A DNA stretch of 64,000 nt from NCBI GenBank assembly GCA_038231275.1, contig JBBRLQ010000032.1, forward strand, positions 1 through 64,000. The letters run 5' to 3'. Below the pieces are notes generated by a model. The model did no database searches, was not told the DNA's origin, and saw nothing but the letters and a program-made list of their open reading frames with translations. This document shows positions 38,069 through 49,571 of this stretch, piece by piece. This DNA comes from Polyangiales bacterium. Lineage in GTDB: Bacteria > Myxococcota_A > Polyangia > Polyangiales > Polyangiaceae. The translations under genes and the position numbers were made by a program. The stretch's first letter is position 1, and every line of letters starts with the position of its first letter.

Positions 38069-38256
38069 CATACCCACCGAACGGGTGTGCGCGGCGTTAT
38101 GACGTTTCCCCCCAAAACGGCCCCGAAGAGTCGACTGGGGATGGATGAGATGAGACTGAAAGCGTAGTCACTAGCGTGGGCGTGACGCGTGCGCCTGTCG
38201 GTCTGCGCGCGAAAGCCAGCATCTCACCCCGGTGCCCAACAGCCTGCGGGAGTCCA

Positions 38257-39786
38257 ATGTCCAAGCACCTCTCGACCCACGTGGTCCTCGGTATCGCGGT
38301 TTCGTCCGCCTTTGCGTTCGCCCTCGGCTGCAGCAGCAGCAGCGGCGCGGACGGTGAGCCGTCGGCCGTAACGGCCGCCGACCTTCAAGGTGCGTGGAGC
38401 GACACGCCGCGCGCACATCACGGCGTCGTGGACCCCGGGGTGCGCGCGGGTGTCCCCGGCGCGGGCGGGATCATGACTGGCACGAACGCGAACGAAGCGG
38501 CGCTCTGGGGCGAGGGCCGCTTTCGATCGACCGAGGTCGAGGCCACGTGCGACACGTGCGCGGACTTCGATCCGGGCAGCCCCAAGCCGCCGGGCGCGCC
38601 CGACGACGCGACGAACTCCGCGGGGCTCGGCGCCCGCTTCAACAGCAACACCTGCACGCCCGGCTGTCACTCGCAGCCCGCGCTCGGAGGCACGTCGCCG
38701 TTCAAGAACCCCTCGTTCGCCGCCGCGACGGCGAAGGGCGCCACCAACGTCGTCCCCTTCTTCGAGACGCTCGACGGCCCGACGCGCGAGGTCCGCTTCC
38801 AGTTCAACCCCGACGGCACGCGTGATGGCGGCGTCCACCAGAAGTTCAGCGTGCGCGGCCGCTCCGACGCGCCGTCGTGCACGAACCTCGGCCAACCCGA
38901 CTTCGAGGCGAACCGCGGGAACATGTCGTTTCGGATCCCGACTCCGATGTTCGGCCTCGGGATCATCGACTCGCTGCCCGATGCCGAGATCCTGAAGTAC
39001 AAAGCGGCCAACCCGGGTCGTAAGCGAGAGCTCGGAATTCACGGCGTCGCCAACACGAACGGCAACGACGGGACGATCACGCGGTTTGGCTGGAAGGCGC
39101 AGAACAAGTCGATCACGATTTTTTCGGGCGAGGCCTACAACGTCGAGATGGGCGTCACCAACGAGCTCTTCCCGCAGGCGAAGGTCGAGAACTACGATTG
39201 CAACCTGGGCGCGGAGCCGAACGACGTGACGCGCACCGGAACGTCCGGCGACTCGAACTTCAACAACCCGCTCGAGGTCATGTCCGACTGGATGATGTTC
39301 TCGCTGTTCATGCGCTTCACCGATCAGCCGAAGCCGGTGCCGTTCGACGCGAGCGCGCAGCGCGGCCTCGATGCGTTCAACCAGATCGGCTGCAGCGAGT
39401 GCCACGTTCCGTCGATGACGACGCGCTCGGGCCCCACCGGCCCGCAGTCGGACGCGCTCAAGGGCGTGACGGCGAACCTCTACTCGGATCTCCTCGTCCA
39501 CCACATGGGCGCCGGTCTCGCCGACAACATCCTCCAGGGCGGCGCGGGCCCCGACCAGTTCCGCAGCGCTCCGCTCTGGGGCGTGGGCCAGCGCATCTTC
39601 TTCCTCCACGACGGGCGCGCGCGCTCTCTCGTCGAGGCGATCCTCGCCCACTATTCGCCGGCGTCGCACGGGCACGGCAACTCGCCCGCCTATCCGGCGT
39701 CGGAGGCGAACCAGGTCATTCGCAACTTCGCGGAGCTCTCTGCGTCCGAGCAGCAGGACATCGTCAACTTCCTCCGCTCGCTCTGA
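38257..39786 (+). CDS. Di-heme oxidoreductase (DHOR/DUF1111-like) lipoprotein
   Basis: GLGARFN..CTPGCH, RIPTPMFGLG, RFGWKA, EAYNVEMG, CSECH, YSDLLVHHMG, FRSAPLWG, FLHDGRA; ALGC lipobox. Confidence 0.9.
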   Translation: MSKHLSTHVVLGIAVSSAFAFALGCSSSSGADGEPSAVTAADLQGAWSDTPRAHHGVVDPGVRAGVPGAGGIMTGTNANEAALWGEGRFRSTEVEATCDTCADFDPGSPKPPGAPDDATNSAGLGARFNSNTCTPGCHSQPALGGTSPFKNPSFAAATAKGATNVVPFFETLDGPTREVRFQFNPDGTRDGGVHQKFSVRGRSDAPSCTNLGQPDFEANRGNMSFRIPTPMFGLGIIDSLPDAEILKYKAANPGRKRELGIHGVANTNGNDGTITRFGWKAQNKSITIFSGEAYNVEMGVTNELFPQAKVENYDCNLGAEPNDVTRTGTSGDSNFNNPLEVMSDWMMFSLFMRFTDQPKPVPFDASAQRGLDAFNQIGCSECHVPSMTTRSGPTGPQSDALKGVTANLYSDLLVHHMGAGLADNILQGGAGPDQFRSAPLWGVGQRIFFLHDGRARSLVEAILAHYSPASHGHGNSPAYPASEANQVIRNFAELSASEQQDIVNFLRSL

Positions 39787-39845
39787 CCGAGATCGTCGCG
39801 CGAAATTCGATCTGGCGAGACCTCTTCCGTAGACTCGTCGATCGG

Positions 39846-40679
39846 ATGATCCAACGCGCGCGCTTCGCGACGTTTGCTGCCGTCACCGCGGGGCTCGTCG
39901 TGGGTTGCGCCGACAAGAAGAAGGCGTCGCCGAGCGCCGACGCAGGGGGCATGGACTCGGGGTCGCCGGACGCGGCGGGGCCCGACGCGATGAACGAAGG
40001 GAACGTGCATCGCTACGACGACGAATCTCTCGTCGACCGCCTGCCGCTCGTCGTGAAGGCGTCGAGCGCCTTGGTGACCTCGTCCTGTCCGAAGGGCGAC
40101 GCGATCGCGACGCTGCAGCGTGGAGCGTCCGCGAACCAGCTCTCCGAACGGAATGGTTTCTATCGCGTGACGTTCGCCGACGACAAGGAGCCGACTCGAC
40201 GGAAGATGGGCTGGATCGCTCGTTTCGCGTTCGATGACCCGGTGGCGCCGCCCAGGGCGATCGCGCTCCCGCGCTGCCCGACGACGATGGGGCTCCAGGT
40301 GACGGTGCTCGCGGAGGAGGGCAAAGCGCGCTGCGCGTACGAGTGCGCGGCGGACCGCGAGTGCCCGGGGAGCGCGTGCGAGGCTGCGGCCATCGTTCCG
40401 GACAACGGCGTGCTTCCGCCGGTGCCGACGTACACCACCGTCTGCAGTCCGCCGTCACCCGACGGAGGTGCAGATGCCGGGGCGCGCCGTCGATCGTACT
40501 TCGGCATCCCACACGCCTCGAACGGCAAGTGCCCAAAACTGTTCATCGACGCCCCCAAGGTCGGCGACCTTTGTTATCGGTTCTGCAAGTCGGATACGGA
40601 CTGTCCGGAGCCCGCGACCTGCGGCGGGGTGCCCGCGGCTTCAGGAGCGGGGCAGGTGAAGCTGTGTTCTACGAATTGA
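39846..40679 (+). CDS. Cys-rich lipoprotein with an SH3-like segment
   Basis: LVVGC lipobox; ATLQRG...NGFYRV...GWI; CxxDxDC repeats. Confidence 0.7.
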   Translation: MIQRARFATFAAVTAGLVVGCADKKKASPSADAGGMDSGSPDAAGPDAMNEGNVHRYDDESLVDRLPLVVKASSALVTSSCPKGDAIATLQRGASANQLSERNGFYRVTFADDKEPTRRKMGWIARFAFDDPVAPPRAIALPRCPTTMGLQVTVLAEEGKARCAYECAADRECPGSACEAAAIVPDNGVLPPVPTYTTVCSPPSPDGGADAGARRRSYFGIPHASNGKCPKLFIDAPKVGDLCYRFCKSDTDCPEPATCGGVPAASGAGQVKLCSTN

Positions 40680-40827
40680 GAATGCACCTATTGCACCAGA
40701 AGCGCACCGGCGCGGTCAGGTTATCGCCGAGCCTTTCGAACGTTCAGGTGGGGCGCCGCCTCACAAAACCGCGGTTTTCTTCGCTTGATTTCTCTCGTTC
40801 GGAAACCTCTTCCGGTATTCTGTCATC

Positions 40828-42732
<1,905 letters not shown>

Positions 42733-42744
42733 CAGGCAGGCAAC

Positions 42745-43239
42745 ATGCGAAGTGCGTTCGCGCTCTGCGTAGCAGCAGCGTCGGCGATGTGCTCCATCTC
42801 CGTCAGCAGCTGCTCGTCATGGACAGAATCGAATCTCGACGGCCCGCTCGACGCGGCGCCGAAGCCGCTCCCTGACGCCAACGGACGTCCGGTGAGCTTC
42901 AAGTTGGATATCCGTCCTCTGATGAATAGGAGCAACAGCGATCCGTCGGGTCACGGGTGCAAAGTCTGTCACTACCCCGGCTTCTGGGGTGACAAGGGCA
43001 CCGACTCCACAAACTTGGACCTTACGACGCTCGGTGCTTTACGAAAGGGTGGGTTTCATACGCCCAACATCATCGTCCCCGGCGACCCCAAGAACTCGGC
43101 GCTCATCCAGAAGCTGCGCGGGCAGTTCACGATTGGCGCCAGGATGCCGAAGGACGGTCCCCCGTACTGGAGTGAAGCTCAAATACAGCTGGTCGAGCGC
43201 TGGATCCTAGAAGGCGCGCAGGGAGCGGACAACGAATGA
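42745..43239 (+). CDS. Monoheme c-type cytochrome lipoprotein (planctomycete-type cytochrome c-like)
   Basis: VSF..DIRPL...CKVCH...IVPGDP..SALI...RMP...WI..GA; VSSC lipobox. Confidence 0.85.
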   Translation: MRSAFALCVAAASAMCSISVSSCSSWTESNLDGPLDAAPKPLPDANGRPVSFKLDIRPLMNRSNSDPSGHGCKVCHYPGFWGDKGTDSTNLDLTTLGALRKGGFHTPNIIVPGDPKNSALIQKLRGQFTIGARMPKDGPPYWSEAQIQLVERWILEGAQGADNE

Positions 43240-43616
43240 ACAAGGCCCGAAGTCGAAGACGAGAAGTAGGGCGCAAAGTGTCGGGATTGCTCTTGGGGGC
43301 AGGCTGGATTTTCGGCCTCGTCGCGTGCAGCGGCAGGCCGCCTCCCGAGTCGATCACACCCGTGTCCGATACCCAGCTCACGCCGGAGCTCAGGGCGGAC
43401 TACGACGTCTTTGCGCAGAGATGCTCGAAGTGTCACTCACTCGCAAAACCGCTCAATAGCCACGTGGACGACGACCAAGTCTGGATTCGTTACGTGGCCA
43501 AGATGCGGAGGCAGCCCGCGAGCGGAATATCCGAACGGGATGGCGAAGCAATCCTTCGATTCCTGCACGTGCTCGTCGAGCAAGAGCGTGCAAAAAACGC
43601 GGAGAAATCCAAGTGA
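43236..43616 (+). CDS. Small monoheme c-type cytochrome lipoprotein
   Basis: LVAC lipobox; FAQRCSKCHSL...W..YVAKM; ATGA overlap. Confidence 0.85.
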   Translation: MNKARSRRREVGRKVSGLLLGAGWIFGLVACSGRPPPESITPVSDTQLTPELRADYDVFAQRCSKCHSLAKPLNSHVDDDQVWIRYVAKMRRQPASGISERDGEAILRFLHVLVEQERAKNAEKSK

Positions 43617-44803
43617 GACACGCGCGCTATCTCGTACTCCTCATCGGCGCGATGTTCATCGCGCTCGTCGCGGGCAGCGGCGAAGCGCTGGCCGTGGACC
43701 GCACCTTCGCCGGGTCCGCGCAGATCGACTACCACTTCGTCCCCACCATGAGGAACGCCAACGCCAACGTCGTTCCGACCGGGCAGGGCTCGTACACGTT
43801 CGACTCGTTCACGATCGAGACCGCCCTCAAGGTGGCCGTCGACGTCAGCGATCACATCTCCGCCAACGTGAAGGTGTGCTTCGGCTGCCACGGGTTCGAG
43901 ACCGACATGGCGTACTTCGACTTTCGCGCCGTCGACGAGCTGAACCTCCGCGCGGGTCGCTTCAGCCCCAGCTTCGGATCGTTCAACCTGCGTCACGATC
44001 CGGCGAACCACAAGCTCAGCGACAAACCGCTGGCCTACGACATGGGGCGCATGCTCCGCCGCGTCGACTGGAAGATGGGCGTCCTCCCGTCGCCGTTCCC
44101 CGACAACGGCGTCGAGATCAACGGCACCCACTGGTTCGGCGACAACATCCAGCTCGACTACGCCACCTACGCCGTCAGCGGCTTCAAGGCGTCGAAGGAC
44201 GCCCCCGAGCTCGACTGGATCACGTCGCGCTCCGGCAACGCGTACTACGTCGACAACAACGGTCGGCCGACCATCGGCGGGCGCGCGGCCCTCACTGCCA
44301 AGCTCTCGCCGGTGAGCGACCTCACCGTCGGCGGCAGCGCCATGTACGGCACCTACGACGCCGGCAACGACGTCTGGTACGAAATCCTCGGCGCCGACGC
44401 GACGCTGCGGATCGTCCGGACCGCCATACGCGCCGAATACCTAGTACGAAGGCAGTCGTTCGACACCACCGCGCAGGCCAAGTTCAGATACCTGATCCCG
44501 GCCGGCGCGCAGTACGACTACTTCTCGAAGCACGGCGCGTACCTCGAGATCGAGCAGCCGCTCACACCGAAGTTCGACCTCATCGGGCGAGGGGACGTGC
44601 TCTTTCGGTTCGGCAACGTGCAGAACGGAACGCCGCTGTCGCAGAAGAGCTCGATCGCGCGCGGAACGCTCGGCGTCGCGTACGCCGTCGAGCAGAACCT
44701 GCGCTTCAAGGCGTCGGGCGAGTTCTGGGCGTTCTCCGACGAGGACTCGCGCGGCCACGACAAGGAGCTCACGTTCCACTTGAGCGCGGTCGCGACGTTC
44801 TAG
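43613..44803 (+). CDS. Outer-membrane beta-barrel (porin-like) containing a CxxCH motif
   Basis: Sec signal (ALA-VD), amphipathic strands, LNLRAGRF..SFG, terminal Phe; KVCFGCHG at 43877-43891; GTGA overlap. Confidence 0.85.
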   Translation: MRHARYLVLLIGAMFIALVAGSGEALAVDRTFAGSAQIDYHFVPTMRNANANVVPTGQGSYTFDSFTIETALKVAVDVSDHISANVKVCFGCHGFETDMAYFDFRAVDELNLRAGRFSPSFGSFNLRHDPANHKLSDKPLAYDMGRMLRRVDWKMGVLPSPFPDNGVEINGTHWFGDNIQLDYATYAVSGFKASKDAPELDWITSRSGNAYYVDNNGRPTIGGRAALTAKLSPVSDLTVGGSAMYGTYDAGNDVWYEILGADATLRIVRTAIRAEYLVRRQSFDTTAQAKFRYLIPAGAQYDYFSKHGAYLEIEQPLTPKFDLIGRGDVLFRFGNVQNGTPLSQKSSIARGTLGVAYAVEQNLRFKASGEFWAFSDEDSRGHDKELTFHLSAVATF

Positions 44804-44834
44804 GTCAGGACGAAGCGCGAGCTCCGGCTCGGCG

Positions 44835-44869
44835 AAAGGCGGCGGCGCACGGGCGTCGCCGCCTTTTTT
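44835..44869. terminator. Intrinsic terminator, possibly bidirectional
   Basis: AAA-GGCGGCGGCGC-ACGG-GCGTCGCCGCC-TTTTTT between convergent genes. Confidence 0.8.
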
Positions 44870-46087
44870 CTATTCCGCGTACATCGTGATGTCGGTCGCG
44901 GCTTCGTGGGCGAGCTGGCACGCACGCTCCCAATTCGGGTGGCGGAGGAGGATGTACCCGTCGGAGACGAGCGTGGCCTTCCAGTTGCGGCGCGGCGTGC
45001 CGATGGGCAAGAGGCGCTCCTCCACGACGTGCTCGTCGTAGCGGCGCATGAACTCCGCGAGGCCGTCCACTCGAGAAATTCTGCCCCTTCCGATGGCGCG
45101 CTTGAACACGATCGCCACGTTGTACTTTCGTACCGTCGGCGCGCGGAACTCCCCGAAGCACACCGCGCGCGCCCACTCGCGGAAGAGATCGATGTCGCAC
45201 GTGTAGTTCATCTGGTCGACGAGGTGCGCGCCGCCCGGGCGGCAGCCGATTTCGCCGAAGACGACCTCGCCGCTCGGCTTCCGGAACCACTCCATGTGGG
45301 TGAAGCCCTCGCCCATGCCGAGCGCCGTGAGGACCTTGCGGCCGAGGCCGATTCCGCCGGCGAGCGCCGCCTGATCGAGGTTTCTCACCGTCACGATGAC
45401 GGGGCTGATCCACTCGTTGGTACGGGCGATGAGGGGCTTGGGCAGGTACTGGGCGACGTTCGCGAAGGCCGGCTGCCCGCCGATGCTGACGGTGTCGAAG
45501 GTGAACTCCTCGCCGTCGATGAACTCTTCGCAGCTCGCCTCGCCCACGTGGAGCATCTTCCCGAGGGTCGCCTCGAGCTCCGCGTCGTCCTCGACCTTGT
45601 ACGTGTCGGCGCTCCCGGCTCCGGAGATCGGTTTCAGGATGAGGGGGTAGCCGATGCGCTCGGCGGCTGCGCGCGCGTCGGTCACGGTCTTGACGCGCGC
45701 CGAGCGAGGCACGCGGAGGCCCGCGGCGGCGACACGCTCCTTCATGAGCTGCTTGTCGCGGAAGCCGTTCACCGCGTCGACGCTCATCCCCGGCAGCCGG
45801 AAGCGCTCTCGCAGGCGCGCGGCGGTGAGGACGAGCACCTCCCAATTCGCCAGGACGCGATCGACGCTGCGCCCCTTCAGCCACGCGGTCACGCGCGCCA
45901 CCACGTCGTCCTCGTCGAGGATGCGGGGAACCTGCAAGTAGTCGGCGAGGTGCTCTCGCACGCGGGCGGGCAGCGCGCCCTGCGGCGTGTCCCCGACGCC
46001 GTACACGTCGACGCCAATTTCGGCCAGTCCCCGCGTGTATTGCTGCATTTCAGGCGGGTAGCTGGGCGCGAGGAACACAGCCTTCAT
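44870..46087 (-). CDS. ATP-grasp ligase (paralog C)
   Basis: FRDKQLMK, YPLILKPISGAGS, CEEFIDG, THMEWF, FGEIGCRPGG. Confidence 0.9.
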   Translation of the reverse strand: MKAVFLAPSYPPEMQQYTRGLAEIGVDVYGVGDTPQGALPARVREHLADYLQVPRILDEDDVVARVTAWLKGRSVDRVLANWEVLVLTAARLRERFRLPGMSVDAVNGFRDKQLMKERVAAAGLRVPRSARVKTVTDARAAAERIGYPLILKPISGAGSADTYKVEDDAELEATLGKMLHVGEASCEEFIDGEEFTFDTVSIGGQPAFANVAQYLPKPLIARTNEWISPVIVTVRNLDQAALAGGIGLGRKVLTALGMGEGFTHMEWFRKPSGEVVFGEIGCRPGGAHLVDQMNYTCDIDLFREWARAVCFGEFRAPTVRKYNVAIVFKRAIGRGRISRVDGLAEFMRRYDEHVVEERLLPIGTPRRNWKATLVSDGYILLRHPNWERACQLAHEAATDITMYAE

Positions 46088-46110
46088 GGGGCGCATGCTA
46101 CAACGGGGTC

Positions 46111-47325
46111 ATGCGCAACGTCCTGTTCGTTGCTCCGTTCCCCCTCGAGATCACGATGCGCTTCGCCCACGCGGCGGCCGCCATCGACGACGTGCGTTTC
46201 CTCGGCATCATGCAGGAGCCGCCCAAGGGCGACGACGCAAGGCTCTTCTCCGACATCGTTTTCGTGAAGGACGGGCTCGACCCGCGCCAGCTCATCGAGG
46301 CCGCGCAGCTGCTGAGACAGCGTCACGGCGACGTGCATCGCGTCATCGGCATCCTCGAGGCGCTGCAGGTGCAGATCGCCCAGGTGCGTCGCGCGCTCGG
46401 CGTGCCGGGGCCGAGCCCGGAGACCGCCGAGCTCTTTCGCGACAAGTCGCGCATGAAAGACGAGCTCCGTCGTCACGGCCTCCCGTGCGCACGCCACAAG
46501 CTCGTTCGCACGTGGGCCGACGCCGAGGCGTTCGCGTCCGAGGTGGGCTTCCCCATCGTGGTGAAGCCGCCCGCCGGCATGGGGTGCAAGGCGACGTGGC
46601 GAGTCGGCTCCCTCGACGACCTGCGCGGCGCCGTCGCGGCTCTTCATCCCTCGAACGATCGCCCGGTGCTCGCTGAGGAGTTCTTGAAGGGCAAGGAGCA
46701 CAGCTTCGAGACCATCACGGTGGGCGGCAAGGTCCGCTTCTCGTCGATCTCCCGGTATTTCCCGACGCCGCTCGAGGTGATGGAGACGCCGTGGATCCAG
46801 TGGGTGTGCATCCTGCCGCGCGTGATCGACGGGCCGGACCTCGAAGACATCCGCGAGCTCGGCACCCAAGTCGTCACCACGCTGGGGCTCGAGACCGGCT
46901 TCACGCACATGGAGTGGTTCCGAAAGTCCGACGGATCGCTCGCGATCGGCGAGATCGCCGCGCGCCCGCCAGGCGCCAACATGGTTCGGATGAACAGCTT
47001 CGCCTACGACGTGGACATGTACCGCGCGTGGGCGCGCGCGGTCGTGGACGACGCGTTCGACGGCCCCTGGGAGCGGAAATACGCGGTCGGCTGCGCGTTC
47101 TTGCGCGGCGTGGGCCAAGGCCGCGTGAAGCACGTCGGCGGCGTCGACAAGGTGAACGAGCGCGTCGGAAGGTACGTCGTCGAGTCGCGCCTCCCGCAGC
47201 TCGGCGCCTCGCGGTCGGACAGCTACGAGGGCGACGGGCACGTCATCGTGCGCCACCCCGACACCGAGTTCGTGAAGGCGGCGATGCAGACGATCATCGA
47301 GACGATCCAGGTCCAGTACGGCTGA
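46111..47325 (+). CDS. ATP-grasp ligase (paralog D)
   Basis: FRDKSRMK, FPIVVKPPAGMG, AEEFLKG, THMEWF, IGEIAARPPG. Confidence 0.9.
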   Translation: MRNVLFVAPFPLEITMRFAHAAAAIDDVRFLGIMQEPPKGDDARLFSDIVFVKDGLDPRQLIEAAQLLRQRHGDVHRVIGILEALQVQIAQVRRALGVPGPSPETAELFRDKSRMKDELRRHGLPCARHKLVRTWADAEAFASEVGFPIVVKPPAGMGCKATWRVGSLDDLRGAVAALHPSNDRPVLAEEFLKGKEHSFETITVGGKVRFSSISRYFPTPLEVMETPWIQWVCILPRVIDGPDLEDIRELGTQVVTTLGLETGFTHMEWFRKSDGSLAIGEIAARPPGANMVRMNSFAYDVDMYRAWARAVVDDAFDGPWERKYAVGCAFLRGVGQGRVKHVGGVDKVNERVGRYVVESRLPQLGASRSDSYEGDGHVIVRHPDTEFVKAAMQTIIETIQVQYG

Positions 47326-48032
47326 TCAGAAGAGGTTGACCTCGCCTCCGACGGCGATGTTTCGGGATCGCGCGGCGACGGCCTCGACCTCCCGCAAGGC
47401 CTGCGCCATGCGATGTTGGCGAGCTGCGCGTTGACGTCGGCGGCCAGCGCGCCGTTCTGTTGGCGCAGGTCGCGCGTGCGCTCCTCGATCGCGGGGATGA
47501 TGTCCTTTAGCGCCGAGGCGAGCTCCGCGACACGCCCGTTCGCGGACTGAACCTGACCGCTCAGCGTCCGCATGCTGTCTGCGATCGTGGCGAACGCCGC
47601 GCCTTCTTTACCGTTCCGCGCCGACTCGATGCGCGCGTTCAGCGTGAGCTACCGCGAGCGCGCGCGCGATCGCGTCGATCTCGCGCGAGAGATTGTGATT
47701 TCCTTCGCGCACCCTCCGGCGCGCGTGGCGCCGTCGTGCTGTTCGGTGAGCCCGCGGTCCATCGCGGCCACGTACGCGCCCATCGTCCGTCGCTGCTGCT
47801 CCAGCGCACTCGAGAGCGTCGCTCCCCCCGGCACGTCATGGAACTGAGCGTGCAAGCCGTCGAGCGCGACGACGTGCTCCTGCGCGTCCCGGTTCATGTC
47901 CGTGATGTTCTCCGCGGCAGCGAGGACCTCCTCCTCGCTGAGCGAGATGGAGTGATCGATGAGCGCGCGGATTCGGGATTCGCACAGCTCCGGCTCCTCC
48001 GCGATTGCAGCAGACAGGTGAGCGAGGGTCAC
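47326..48032 (-). pseudogene. Disrupted methyl-accepting chemotaxis-like gene
   Basis: In-frame TAG at 47649-47651 immediately before LTLNARIESARNGKEGAAFATIADSMRTLS (MCP hairpin); apparent frameshifts; a different frame ends ...GGEVNLF* at 47326. Confidence 0.7.
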
Positions 48033-48038
48033 GACGCG

Positions 48039-48398
48039 TCAACCCGCGAGCTTCTTGACCGCCGCAACGAGCAGCTCGGGCTTGAACGGCTTGATGATCC
48101 AGCCCTTCGCGCCCAGTTGCTTGGCCTTGGTCACGAGCTCCGGCTGCCCTTCGGTCGTGAGCATCACGATCGGGAGGTTGCGAATTTTCATCGCGCACGC
48201 AACGAAGTCGATCCCGTTCATCCGTGGCATGTTGACGTCGCAGATGACCATCGCGATTTGTGGATTCGCGGTCACCTGGTCGACCCCGTCCTGACCGTCG
48301 CAGGCTTCGAGCACTTCGTAGCCGGCCTCCTTCAACGCGAGGCCAACCTGCTGCCGTACCGGCTTCGCGTCGTCTACCACCAATACCGTCTTGCCCAT
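48039..48398 (-). CDS. CheY-like single-domain response regulator
   Basis: VLVVDD, CDVNMPRMNG, MLTTE, GWIIKPF; GGAGAGG RBS. Confidence 0.92.
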   Translation of the reverse strand: MGKTVLVVDDAKPVRQQVGLALKEAGYEVLEACDGQDGVDQVTANPQIAMVICDVNMPRMNGIDFVACAMKIRNLPIVMLTTEGQPELVTKAKQLGAKGWIIKPFKPELLVAAVKKLAG

Positions 48399-48639
48399 GG
48401 ATCCTCTCCTCTGCTGCTCGAGCTGTCCTCTCTGGCGGTGGGGCCGAGGGCATCACCGTTCGCATCGCAAGCACCGAGCCAGGCGGCGGCCCTCGCCGGG
48501 TCCAAGCGTTTCGTGGCTCGGCGTCGTCGAGCGTCACGCGCTTGGCGGTGACCGGCGCCAGTCGGACCACGATGGCGAACGGTCGCGCAACTCTTGCGGG
48601 CGGCCGGCGCGACCGGAGTGGACGCCATAGGCTCTGGAG

Positions 48640-49569
48640 GTGACGCACGTGGGCACAGTGCTGGACGTAACGGTGCTCCTCGCGCTCGCCGCCGCCGGGG
48701 TCGTCCTCGCACTACGCCTCCACGCGCCTCCGGCGTACGGCCCGGCCAGAGCATCGACGTGGCTCGCGCACCCGTTCACCCAGCTCACCCTCATGTGCGG
48801 CCTCGTGCTCCTGAACCAGCTCGCGCTCGACGGCTTCGTGCGCGCCGAGCTCCTGGAGCTGCCGCGGCTGCTGTTCGCATACCTCTCGATCGCGCGGCTC
48901 CTCGACCGCGCCGTCTATCGCACGCTCGTGCGGCCGGGGACGCTGATGCTCGCGTCGATCGCGTACGCCGTTCCACGTGGCCTCGCGGAGACGAGCCTCC
49001 CCAACCCGTGGACCCACGAGGACATGGTGGTGTGGTTGATCGCGTGCGTGGCCGCGCCCGTGTGGATCATGTGGGTCGCGCGCGGCGAGCGAGGCGGGAC
49101 CGAATTCCCGGGCAGCGAGTCGAGGCCCACGGGGATCGTCGGACTCGCAACGTTCGTGACCGGCGCGCTCGCGACGTCGTACTTGATTCGCGTCATGTAC
49201 GACGTGACCTTTCTCACCAACCTCCGGCATCTCTCGGCGGCGCGAGGGCCGCTCGTCGCCGCGTGGTCGGCGGCGGCCCTCGCGCACGTGGGCGACGGCA
49301 GGTTCGACGGCTTCGTACACCGGCTCCGTACCGCGACGCACGAAGCGTCGCCGCCCGCGTCGTTCCTCGTCCGCGTTGCGACCCGCGCGCTCGCGTCGTT
49401 CACGGTGCTCTTCTTTCTGCCGTCGCTCGCGCTCTGCTCGAGCGGAGGTCGGCCGCTCGCGCCTGTGGTGGTGGTCGTAGTCGTCCTCATCGCGCTGATC
49501 CTCGGCGTGGTGCTCGAGTGGGCCGGCGGTCGTCCTCCTTTGTCGTCGGCGGCACGACGACCGTGTTGA
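48640..49569 (+). CDS. Hypothetical integral membrane protein
   Basis: GGAGG RBS, GTG start, multiple hydrophobic segments. Confidence 0.65.
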   Translation: MTHVGTVLDVTVLLALAAAGVVLALRLHAPPAYGPARASTWLAHPFTQLTLMCGLVLLNQLALDGFVRAELLELPRLLFAYLSIARLLDRAVYRTLVRPGTLMLASIAYAVPRGLAETSLPNPWTHEDMVVWLIACVAAPVWIMWVARGERGGTEFPGSESRPTGIVGLATFVTGALATSYLIRVMYDVTFLTNLRHLSAARGPLVAAWSAAALAHVGDGRFDGFVHRLRTATHEASPPASFLVRVATRALASFTVLFFLPSLALCSSGGRPLAPVVVVVVVLIALILGVVLEWAGGRPPLSSAARRPC

Positions 49570-49571
49570 TC

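Noticed and set aside
38160..38250. Possible riboswitch upstream of the diheme enzyme (GCGAAAGC loop)
   Set aside because: I could not match a known aptamer consensus by eye; an Rfam search would be needed
47649..47651. In-frame TAG as possible pyrrolysine or readthrough codon in the MCP-like gene
   Set aside because: Flanked by apparent frameshifts, so decay or error is simpler; TAG is used as a normal stop elsewhere in the window
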